This document shows, in pieces, positions 11,562 through 20,744 of a stretch of DNA of 64,000 nucleotides. A model generated the notes under the pieces. It had not been told where the DNA came from and did no database searches. It was given only the letters and a program-made list of their open reading frames with translations. Every line of letters begins with the position of its first letter. The first letter of the stretch is position 1. Source of the stretch: Tetramitus jugosus (lineage: Eukaryota > Protista > Heterolobosea); the NCBI GenBank assembly GCA_937625935.1, contig OW569353.1:310001-374000 (forward strand), in the 5' to 3' direction. The translations under genes and the position numbers were made by a program.

Positions 11562-12692
11562 CTATTTCAAATTTATGCGAACATGCGCCCTCCGTTTTTG
11601 GAGTGAGGAAGAGTCAGACTCTGTCTCGAATGGATCAGAAGATTCAGTAGAAGGAATTTGTCTCCAATAATCAACACCATCTTGCAAGTCTGATCTATTG
11701 GCATTTTGATACCTGGATATACTATCATGCGTCCCATTCTCAACATTTGCTAAAGAATGAGGAGCTAATTGCAAAAGTTGCTTTTGAATTTCGTGTAATT
11801 GTTGATCGACGAACCACTCTTTTTCATCACGTCTACTGCTCTTCGCTATCTCATCTTTCCTTTGGCTTCTCATCAAATTTTGAATCGAGGTTATCGATCT
11901 CATAATCTTTTCAACTTTCTCTTCCAAATCTTCATTCCTCCTCATCAGTTGCTCGATCTGCGTTGTCAAATTGTTCACATGCAGTATAGTTTTACTTCTG
12001 CAAAGTGAGTCTATTTTCTGTTCCAATCGTTCCTCTAATTCAGTTAATCTATTTGAATTATCATTTCCATACTGCTCTGAGGAAATCGAAACCAGATGAT
12101 TCAACTCAACAATTCTCTTCTCAATCTGTCTACTCAATGACGTCAGACATGAATCAGATGATACAAGGTGCTCCTGAAACTGGTGATTGATCTTGGATTC
12201 CAACCTAATTTCATAGTGTCGTAACTTGTCTTCCAATCTTCGCTCCATCTGCAATAACATTCGGTCGGTCATCATGGCCTGTAACATTGATGAGGTTACG
12301 TTGTTAGACTGCATACTGTCAATCTCCTCCTGATCTATGACTCCATCGGGTATCCCAGCTCTAAGTGAACTATTGGACACTCCTGACGGATATACATACT
12401 CAGTTGTATGAGTATGAGAATTGATGTGTTCAGCGTTCTTTGGAGTAGGAGTTGTTCTTCTCTGGGAAAATAGGAGATTCGGAGGTGTAGAGACAACAAG
12501 AGTGGGACTATTACTTAATATATTGTTTTGTCTGGGAGTTCTTGGTGTGTGAGAGCCACTTGTATTCAGATACGTTTCAATAGGAGATTGCTCTCTTCGT
12601 TTAATCGGACTGGCATAGTGCGGAATCACACCTCTGGGAGATTTCTCCAACATTCTCTGTTTGTGAGCAAATGATTCCGCGTAACTACTCAT
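11562..12692 (-). CDS. Hypothetical protein with an SP/TP-rich N-terminus and a central coiled coil
   Basis: 376-aa ORF with a heptad-like E/L/K/R region; no family recognised. Confidence 0.7.
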   Translation of the reverse strand: MSSYAESFAHKQRMLEKSPRGVIPHYASPIKRREQSPIETYLNTSGSHTPRTPRQNNILSNSPTLVVSTPPNLLFSQRRTTPTPKNAEHINSHTHTTEYVYPSGVSNSSLRAGIPDGVIDQEEIDSMQSNNVTSSMLQAMMTDRMLLQMERRLEDKLRHYEIRLESKINHQFQEHLVSSDSCLTSLSRQIEKRIVELNHLVSISSEQYGNDNSNRLTELEERLEQKIDSLCRSKTILHVNNLTTQIEQLMRRNEDLEEKVEKIMRSITSIQNLMRSQRKDEIAKSSRRDEKEWFVDQQLHEIQKQLLQLAPHSLANVENGTHDSISRYQNANRSDLQDGVDYWRQIPSTESSDPFETESDSSSLQKRRAHVRINLK

Positions 12693-13116
12693 ATGTAATC
12701 GCTCTATCTCTTTGCTTGGTATTTGTCTCGCAACTGAATGCCGTAGTCGATCATTTCCCGAATAGTCGGGGGTTACTGTCTGAAATGATTACTGTGGTGA
12801 TCGCTTGCTACCATGATTATGAACAACAGCAGTAAGAGTGAGATAAGACGAATCGAGTTCAATGACGTTGAGAACGAAAGCGGAACGTTCTTCCAACACA
12901 CGTGTTCATGCTTCCTTCATTGTATTTGACCAACCACACAATACGTGTTTCTTGTTTCCAACCACAAGTGTGAAAACGGAAATCCAAAAAGGTCTTTCAG
13001 TTTAAAAAACTGCTCCCACACACTCACCATTCACTTGCATTGAACAACAACTTGATGATTCAACCTCAAAAAGATTGATTTTATTGGTACACTGGCAGTG
13101 AGATCATGCTTCCCAT

Positions 13117-13773
13117 TTAATGCTTCATGTAACCAGAAGAGAGCTTGTTGACCTTTTCAACAACGCTTCTCACTGGGATACCAGATTCAATGTTGGCAGT
13201 GAGCATTCTAGCAGAGTTTTGGTTGCAGGCAGCTGGGACATTGAAGATGCTGTCAGAGTCAACACCTTGCTTGTAGTTGAACCATTCTTGCATGACAACA
13301 CCCTTGTGTGCACCACCCTTGGAGAGAATGTTGATTGGGATACCACCAAAGCTGCTCAAAACAAGTCTAATGTTGAATCCGAATTGAGACTCTTCCCAGA
13401 CATCAGCCTTCAAGCTTCCACCAATGACAACAGTGCCAGTGTGGTTGGCGTTGGTAGCCAAGCAGAATGGTTGCAATTTACCTTGCAAGACTTGAGTCTC
13501 ACACTTCTTGGTCTCCTTGTCATAAATGTACATCTTTCCTTGGTCGAATCTTTGGTAAACGGAGAAGCTTCTGACCTCAGGTTCAAATTCATTGATATCG
13601 ATTCTTTGCTTTTGGGTATCAGCAGAGAAGTAAATAGTGTGGAAGTCGTCGTATTGTTGAGAAGGCTCAACCAAAACAGCGTTGACAGTAAAGTCACGAT
13701 CAATGCAGTGCTCCTTAGCAAAGACGGTGGTGGCAATGATGGCCAACAAGACCAAAAGGGCAATAACCTTCAT
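13117..13773 (-). CDS. Secreted or lysosomal ependymin-related protein (EPDR family)
   Basis: Signal peptide MKVIALLVLLAIIATTVFA and the EPDR-like pattern KQRID...RFDQGKMY...KKC...L.PFCL...IGG...DVW...F.YKQGV.D.IFNVPAAC. Confidence 0.8.
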   Translation of the reverse strand: MKVIALLVLLAIIATTVFAKEHCIDRDFTVNAVLVEPSQQYDDFHTIYFSADTQKQRIDINEFEPEVRSFSVYQRFDQGKMYIYDKETKKCETQVLQGKLQPFCLATNANHTGTVVIGGSLKADVWEESQFGFNIRLVLSSFGGIPINILSKGGAHKGVVMQEWFNYKQGVDSDSIFNVPAACNQNSARMLTANIESGIPVRSVVEKVNKLSSGYMKH

Positions 13774-14300
13774 GTTCGATTTTGAGGATAATATGTGTGG
13801 ATTTGTTTTTTGTGTGGGTTACAAGAAAGGAAGACAGGTCCTGAATGATTGAAAACTCAGGCCGACTATTTTGATAACCAGTGCTGGGTGCAGAGATCAC
13901 AATCATTGCCGCTTGGCCGACAAAGGGGTTATTGTAATGATTTTGAAGCCTCATGCTTGTAATTTGGCATCCAATTTGGCAGAGAATTTTTTTCGTCGGC
14001 CGATATCGCACGGAATTCCCTCTGGAGGTCATCTACGATTCAAACAGGTGCTGACGACTCAAGATTGATCAGAACATGCTTCTATTCCTGATGAATTGCA
14101 GCCTCTTCTAAATTAATCTGGATGGCGTTTCTGATGTTGCCCATCTCGATTACGTGTTCTCTCAGGAAAATTGAAACATTCACAAATATTTCGGAAGAAT
14201 AAATTTTAATACTCCGTGTGCACTTTTTTTAAGGAGAATCATGCTCAGATTTGACCCTCAAGAAAACCAGATAAATTTATTTAGGTAAATCAAGTGAAGA

Positions 14301-17024
14301 ATGAGTGAATTGCAACAAACAATCGCAACAACAACAACACAACACCAACCATCGTCAACAACAACAACGAGTCATCTTGTTGCTGAAACCAACGATCACC
14401 CAAGAAAGAAGAACAACTCTAGGAAGAAGAAGTTTATCAAACAACTGAACTCAACAACTCATCCCACAATAGCAACAACAACAGCTCTGGATTCTGCCGA
14501 CAACAATCACTCGGACAACAACCAATCAAATCAACAACAAATGACTGCCAAAGTGCAACAACCAACTCAACAACAACACAACAAACACAACAAACACCCC
14601 ACTAGGAGAAATCATCAACAAAAATCGAGTGAAAACATGATTCATATGATCCAACCATATCCACTATTTATTCCTCAGGAACACTACAACAACAACTCTT
14701 TTCCAACAGAGAGTACATTCAGCAATCAGCAAGAACAAGTGAACAATGCTGATTCTCAACCAAATAACAATAACCAGAATAAGAAGAGCAACAACAACAA
14801 CAATAGCAAAAGAAGGAACACGAGAGAAAAGATGAATGGCAAGAAAGACACCAACAATCCATCATCCAAATCATTGTCAAGTAAGACGACAAGAGGAGAA
14901 AGCGGTGCTACTGCTGCCGATAACAACAGCAATGATGTGAATACAAGTGGCGAGCAAAAAACGAGTCGTTCAGTCAGTAGAAGATCCCGGAGTTCCAATC
15001 AGCCAAAGAACCAACATCCCACCAATGGCACTGAACAACAATCGGAAGCTTCTTCTGATCAACAATCCAAATCAACAGTTGAAGGTCGTCATCATCAAAA
15101 GAACAGGAAACCAAAGGCAGCCAAAAAGAGAGTTTTCAATGATCCATCCCTGGCTGAAGACAATTCCACGAGTGGTGGCAGCGGTGGTGCCTTTACTTCT
15201 CGTGGCGCGTTCGATAAGATGAAAAACGAATCACAAAAATTGATTAAGCGCTCACTCAGAAATCAATCAAAGAATGATAACGACGCTGATCGTACATTCA
15301 ATAGCTTGACTGAGCGATTGATTCACACACTCTCTAATCAATCACATGAATGTGTAATTTGTATGGAGAGAGTGAAAGCTCACATGCCTACATGGTCCTG
15401 TGCCACATGCTTTGATGTATTTCATTTGAGATGTGTTGCAAAATGGGCCAGAGAATCAATCAAGGATCGGTCAGTCAAGGGACAAGACACATGGATCTGT
15501 CCATCCTGTCAATCTGTCTCCTCGGTCATCCCACAGATCTATTACTGTTTTTGTAAGAAGCATGTGGATCCATCTCCAAACATGTTTTTGACTCCACACA
15601 GTTGTGGAGAGGAATGTGGTAAGAGAAGAGCTGATCCCAAGTGTACGCATCATTGCAACTTGCTGTGTCACCCTGGTCAGTGTCCACCATGTGTCGCATC
15701 GAGAGATGAAGATTGTTACTGCGGCAAGTTTACATTTGAGGTCCAGTGCAGTGAAGTAGGTACAAAGGGTATTTCTTGTGAGCAGACCTGTGAGCGATTG
15801 TTAAACTGCAAGAGACATCATTGTACTGAAATGTGTCATGCTGGCCCATGTGCCCCTTGTGATTGTATCATTGAACAAGGATGCTATTGTGGAAAACATG
15901 TGGAAATGCGATTGTGCACTCCTTGTCCAACAGAGGAAAAGGATGAGGAAACTGGTGTGATTCGAACATTTTCGTGTGAGGGACCATGTCCAAGGACATT
16001 GGTCTGTGGTCATCAATGCGATCGCATCTGTCACGAGGGAAAGTGCATCAAACACAAGAACGCTTGGGACAAGTCCGCCGAAGCAGATGAAGACATTGAC
16101 GAATTTGTGCGGGTAAGTGGATGTATGCAGCAGTGTAAAGCTAAGTTACCTTGCGGTCATATTTGCCGAAAGAAGTGCCATCCGACAACACCATGCATAG
16201 ATGAAACGAGTCAATGCAAGGAAAAAATTCGAGTGTTCTGCTCTTGTGGTCGATTGAACGAAATGATTGATTGTCACACTTTGCATAAGCGAATGCAAGA
16301 GAAGTTCTCGGATTCCACAATTGAGGATTTCAGGTCACTACCACCACTTGTGGAGTGCGATAAGGAGTGCAAGAAAATTGCTCGGATTAAGAAACTTGCG
16401 TATGCATTTGACATTGACTACGAGAAACATGAAATGCCTGAGTATTCTCAAGCATTACAAGAGTTTGCCAAAAAGAACACCCAATTCATCAAGATGGTGG
16501 AGGACAAGTTTGATGAATTGTTGTTTGATGAAAAGTATGAGTTTAAATGTTACCAATTTAAATCCATGCCACAAGCAAAGCGATCCGCAATTCATGAAAT
16601 GGCTGAAAAGTATTTGATGGAGGCTCAATCCTTGGATAGGGAACCTCATCGCTCTGTCAGCGTACTCAAAATGAAACGGTCATGCAGACCTGCGATACTT
16701 CTATCAGAAGTCATCGGAGACAGTCACAAGCTACTCGTGTTGCAACAAAAACTTCAAGAGAAGGAAGAGGAAGAACTGAGACAACAGGAGCAATTATTGC
16801 AAGACCGAATGAGGAAGAAGGAAGAGAGAACCCAACAAAAGGAATCTCAACAACTCGATGTGGACTACGAACAACCAGTGTTTGCATCTGAAAATGAATT
16901 TGACATTATTCAATTTAGACATGCACAAGCCACCAAGACTGCCTACGAGAGCAACGAGCAGCAAAGTGAAGATACAACCAACATGTGGAGCTCACTTGTG
17001 GAAAATGAAATTGAACCCTCATAA
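14301..17024 (+). CDS. NFX1: NF-X1-type zinc finger protein (RING/PHD, NF-X1 repeats, R3H)
   Basis: CVIC...WSCATCFDVFHLRCVAKW...WICPSC, PHSCGEEC, CHPGQCPPC repeats and the R3H motif MPQAKRSAIHEMAE...SLDREPHRSV. Confidence 0.92.
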   Translation: MSELQQTIATTTTQHQPSSTTTTSHLVAETNDHPRKKNNSRKKKFIKQLNSTTHPTIATTTALDSADNNHSDNNQSNQQQMTAKVQQPTQQQHNKHNKHPTRRNHQQKSSENMIHMIQPYPLFIPQEHYNNNSFPTESTFSNQQEQVNNADSQPNNNNQNKKSNNNNNSKRRNTREKMNGKKDTNNPSSKSLSSKTTRGESGATAADNNSNDVNTSGEQKTSRSVSRRSRSSNQPKNQHPTNGTEQQSEASSDQQSKSTVEGRHHQKNRKPKAAKKRVFNDPSLAEDNSTSGGSGGAFTSRGAFDKMKNESQKLIKRSLRNQSKNDNDADRTFNSLTERLIHTLSNQSHECVICMERVKAHMPTWSCATCFDVFHLRCVAKWARESIKDRSVKGQDTWICPSCQSVSSVIPQIYYCFCKKHVDPSPNMFLTPHSCGEECGKRRADPKCTHHCNLLCHPGQCPPCVASRDEDCYCGKFTFEVQCSEVGTKGISCEQTCERLLNCKRHHCTEMCHAGPCAPCDCIIEQGCYCGKHVEMRLCTPCPTEEKDEETGVIRTFSCEGPCPRTLVCGHQCDRICHEGKCIKHKNAWDKSAEADEDIDEFVRVSGCMQQCKAKLPCGHICRKKCHPTTPCIDETSQCKEKIRVFCSCGRLNEMIDCHTLHKRMQEKFSDSTIEDFRSLPPLVECDKECKKIARIKKLAYAFDIDYEKHEMPEYSQALQEFAKKNTQFIKMVEDKFDELLFDEKYEFKCYQFKSMPQAKRSAIHEMAEKYLMEAQSLDREPHRSVSVLKMKRSCRPAILLSEVIGDSHKLLVLQQKLQEKEEEELRQQEQLLQDRMRKKEERTQQKESQQLDVDYEQPVFASENEFDIIQFRHAQATKTAYESNEQQSEDTTNMWSSLVENEIEPS

Positions 17025-17183
17025 AAAAAACGTAAAGCTTCCAATTTGATTTTCAACCCCCGATCGCCGATTTCTGCAGAATAGCCCGGCCGACACTCAG
17101 ACACCCAATAAATTCAAAGCCACGCCCTTTGTTCAACAAACCAACGAACAAACAACAACACAATAAACAACGAACGATACATA

Positions 17184-18902
17184 ATGCACTATCAACCTTC
17201 TCCAGTTCCACCAACCGGTGTCTATCTCATTATCAACAAGTTGACTGGTTTGGCTCTCGATTCCAATCACTCTGTTGCCAAACAGACATGTGCCTCTCAT
17301 CCAAGAACCTTCATGTATCAACCTTCACCACAGTCCATGAATCATCATTGGCTCCTCGAACACCAACCAAACACCAACAATTACATGATTAAGACTGTAT
17401 CATCACCTCCAATGGCACTCGATGGCAACACCAATGTTCCACAACACTTGGGAAAGAATTCTCATCCAGCTCCATTCTTGTACACACCTGTTCCCTCTGC
17501 TGCTAATCACAGATGGAACCTCGTTCCAGTGTCCTCCAGTGGCAACAATGTGTTCATGATTGTGAATGAAGCCAATGGACTTGCATTGGATGGCAATGTG
17601 AGTGCCATTGGACATGCAGATCATGTTCACCAATCTGCGTTCCTCTATGCACAGACACCTCATGCACCTAATCATCACTGGATGATCCAGCCAGTGCACT
17701 CGGCTCCATCACCATCATTGCCACAACCATACATTCCGGCCCATGCACCAGTTGTGCCTCCACAGCAACAACCATTGAATATTGGTTCATCCTCTGTTAT
17801 TGTCGGTCCTGCCAGTGGCAACTATGTGATTGTCAACAAGGAGTCACAACTCTGTTTGGATGCCAATGTGCGTGCAGCAAAGCAAACATGCAACAAGCAC
17901 GAGAGAGTGTTTGTGTACAAGGCCAATCACAAGTCCAAGAATCATCACTGGCATGTAGAGCATGTTCAGAATGGTGAATATATTCTGACGACGCTGTATC
18001 ATGGAAAACCAAGAGCACTCGACGGTAACACCAATGTTCCACAACACTCTCCATCTCATCCAGCTCCATTCTTGTATGATCCTCATCCAGAGGCAGCCAA
18101 TCATCGATGGAGATTGGTACCTGTTCAAGGAGTGGCAAACAACACGTACACGATTATCAACGTTTCCAATGGATTGGCACTCGATGGTAAAGTAGCTGCA
18201 ATTCCACAGTTGGACGAAAAACATCGTTCACCCTTCCTGTGGAATCCTGTTCAGCACTCAGGTACCCAACTATGGGAGTTCCAACCAATCAAGGCTAAGA
18301 ATGGTGGATTCGGAACCATTGCTGGTGCAATGATTCTTGGTGGATTAGTTGCAGGACCAATTGGTATGGCTGTTGCAGGAGGAGCTGCTGCCTACTCATC
18401 AAACCAGGCACCAAGGGCACGTGTGCAACACATTGCTGTTCCTAACCAGAATGTACCAGTGGTTCCACAACAAACACAGTATCATCCAAGTGCACCTGTT
18501 ATGCCTGTCCCTCAGCCTCAACACATGGTAGTCCCACAGACTCAACTGCCTCCACCTATCCAACCAATCGTGCCAATGAGCAATACATTGTATCCTCAGA
18601 TAATCCAAGCTGCACCTCAACCAATGGACAACACTTTGTTCCTGTCTATGCTCGAGTCCCTCAAGAGAGAGCCATTCGAGAGCAACAGAAAAGACATTTT
18701 GACCAACGCAGCTCTCTTCAACTTCTTTACTTGTATCCAATTGTCTCAGGTGTTTAGTGCTCTGCAATTTTCAAGCGAAAGAATCCATGCCGCTCAAGTC
18801 ATTATCCCTCGAGTGTTGGATAGACACAATGCCCATTCAGTCATCGGAACTCTGCCATTCCAGAGCGAGAGAGAGTCTGTTGCTAAACTTTTCTCTGCAT
18901 AA
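17184..18902 (+). CDS. Tandem ricin-B-like beta-trefoil protein with a Gly zipper, a Pro/Gln linker and a C-terminal DUF4476-like domain
   Basis: Six subdomain repeats of the form Y.I.N..G(L/M)ALD(G/S/A)N...NH(H/R)W, then GAMILGGLVAGPIGMAVAGG, then LKREPFESNRKDIL...FTCIQLSQVF...FSSERI...PRVLD. Confidence 0.75.
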   Translation: MHYQPSPVPPTGVYLIINKLTGLALDSNHSVAKQTCASHPRTFMYQPSPQSMNHHWLLEHQPNTNNYMIKTVSSPPMALDGNTNVPQHLGKNSHPAPFLYTPVPSAANHRWNLVPVSSSGNNVFMIVNEANGLALDGNVSAIGHADHVHQSAFLYAQTPHAPNHHWMIQPVHSAPSPSLPQPYIPAHAPVVPPQQQPLNIGSSSVIVGPASGNYVIVNKESQLCLDANVRAAKQTCNKHERVFVYKANHKSKNHHWHVEHVQNGEYILTTLYHGKPRALDGNTNVPQHSPSHPAPFLYDPHPEAANHRWRLVPVQGVANNTYTIINVSNGLALDGKVAAIPQLDEKHRSPFLWNPVQHSGTQLWEFQPIKAKNGGFGTIAGAMILGGLVAGPIGMAVAGGAAAYSSNQAPRARVQHIAVPNQNVPVVPQQTQYHPSAPVMPVPQPQHMVVPQTQLPPPIQPIVPMSNTLYPQIIQAAPQPMDNTLFLSMLESLKREPFESNRKDILTNAALFNFFTCIQLSQVFSALQFSSERIHAAQVIIPRVLDRHNAHSVIGTLPFQSERESVAKLFSA

Positions 18903-19107
18903 ATCTATTCAATATTTGAACTGTACTTAACATATACTTTTCGGTTTGTATTTCATTCTAATTATCTTCTCCAATGCTTAGTCATCCCATCGAGATCAGA
19001 GAGAAGAACGTTAGTAGTTCTAGCACCCCGTGCGCCTATTCGGAAAGAAGTTTTGTCAGCTTTTTTACACAAAGTTCCCACTCATAAAAACACAAAAACA
19101 ACACCCA

Positions 19108-20682
19108 ATGCAAATGAGAACATTGTCATCGATTCAGGTGTTTGACCCAGAAGTTGCCAAGTACTTGTGTTCCAAGTACGGAGAAGATTTATTCCAAAAG
19201 ATTTGCTCAGTCATGACTCATCCCCCCATCATCTCGAGTATCCGTGTCAATCACATCCATTCACTACCGTCATCATCATTATCACCACATGTTGATCATC
19301 ATGAGAAACATGTGGAACGTATGAAGCAAGCACAACAATTGTTGAGTCAACTGTTGAATGAAAAGTATGTGGTGAGTGTTCATGGACCATCGATTGCACC
19401 TGATTGCTTAACTGTGCCAGTGCATGGACCGATTGATCGCACCATTTGTAACGAGAGATTTGTCGTTGTGGACAAAAAGTGCGGTGAAGCAGTGTTGAGA
19501 GGAGCCAATGTGTTTGCACCTGGAATACTGGGTGCCAGTGCTCAATTGCACTCGGAGGACAAAGTGAGTGTGTTCAGCGATGTCAAGGGAAAAACTCTCA
19601 AGGGTTACAAGTTTAAGGACTCTGTTTCGAATATTTTGAAACGAGAGATGTCCACCAATGAAACCACCAATAGTCATCAATTGAGTGAAGACGATGAAAC
19701 TGTGGATAGAAAAGATGGGAATGACAAGGAAATGATGAATGACAAATTTGAGCGAAAATTGTTCTCTGACTATATATATATTGGGAATGGTGTCATGAAG
19801 CAGGACAGGCGAACCATATTTGCAGAGAAGAAGGGAGTTGCAGTAGAGATGACCGAACCGATATTCTCCACATGCCCTCTGAATCAGATACACGAGTCAA
19901 ACATTCAACAATTCTTTGTGCAGAATCTTGCTTCAATGATCGTATCGCATATTGTCGATCCAAAGCCAGGCGAAACAGTGTTAGACATGTGCGGTGCTCC
20001 AGGTGGTAAAACATCGCACATGGCAGGTTTGATGAACAACGAGGGTGTGATATACACATGCGATAGACATCAGAGCAAGGTAAATTCGATGAAGAAATTG
20101 TTTCAGAGTATGGGACTCACCAATATTCGCTCAGTCCGAGCAGACAGTACAAAGTTAACTCAATCTACACTCGATAGTGTTGCTAGTTTGAAGAATGCTT
20201 CCAATAGCGGTGAGGTACCGTCAAAGAAGGCGAAGCAGTCGCCTCTCACCTTCGAAGAAGAGTCATTTGATAAGATTTTGCTTGATGCTCCATGTTCGGG
20301 CATCGGAAATAGACCTACTCTTTCATATGAAGATATATCCCTAACTTCCCTGCAGCAGACTGCTCTTTATCAACGCCAATTAATTAGTGAAGCTGTTAAG
20401 TTATGCAAAACGGGAGGTACAATCACATATAGCACATGTACCATCAATTGCATGGAGAATGAGGAGAATGTGCAGTGGGCTCTAGAAAAATATAAGGATG
20501 TTATCGAGCTACGTTCTCTCAGAGACAAGTATGCAGAAACGGCCAGTTGTGGACTTGAATCAATACTAGGTGTCGAGAATAGCTCAAAGGTACTTCGATT
20601 CTGTCCTTACAACAACCCGGAGCATATCGGATTCTTTACAGCACAATTTACGAAGTTGGCATCCACCAAAGTTGAAAATTGA
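19108..20682 (+). CDS. NSUN6: tRNA (cytosine-C5) methyltransferase NSUN6 (PUA + RsmB/NOL1)
   Basis: PUA segment CGEAVLRGANVFAPGI, QNLAS, SAM motif LDMCGAPGGKT and catalytic motifs DKILLDAPCSG and YSTCT...ENE. First ATG taken at 19108. Confidence 0.92.
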   Translation: MQMRTLSSIQVFDPEVAKYLCSKYGEDLFQKICSVMTHPPIISSIRVNHIHSLPSSSLSPHVDHHEKHVERMKQAQQLLSQLLNEKYVVSVHGPSIAPDCLTVPVHGPIDRTICNERFVVVDKKCGEAVLRGANVFAPGILGASAQLHSEDKVSVFSDVKGKTLKGYKFKDSVSNILKREMSTNETTNSHQLSEDDETVDRKDGNDKEMMNDKFERKLFSDYIYIGNGVMKQDRRTIFAEKKGVAVEMTEPIFSTCPLNQIHESNIQQFFVQNLASMIVSHIVDPKPGETVLDMCGAPGGKTSHMAGLMNNEGVIYTCDRHQSKVNSMKKLFQSMGLTNIRSVRADSTKLTQSTLDSVASLKNASNSGEVPSKKAKQSPLTFEEESFDKILLDAPCSGIGNRPTLSYEDISLTSLQQTALYQRQLISEAVKLCKTGGTITYSTCTINCMENEENVQWALEKYKDVIELRSLRDKYAETASCGLESILGVENSSKVLRFCPYNNPEHIGFFTAQFTKLASTKVEN

Positions 20683-20744
20683 GTGACCCCTTCTCACTCC
20701 AAATCTCCGATAAACGGCATTGCGGCTACGATCAAGTGTAGAAC

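Noticed and set aside
13120-13785. 221-aa ORF antisense to the ependymin-related gene
   Set aside because: It mirrors the sense gene codon for codon, as expected from biased codon usage, and has no recognisable motifs.
14071-14160. Possible box C/D snoRNA (CTGATGA...CTGA inside an AGAACATG/CGTGTTCT stem)
   Set aside because: The boxes are only about 40 nt apart, are not adjacent to the terminal stem, and no rRNA guide was recognised.
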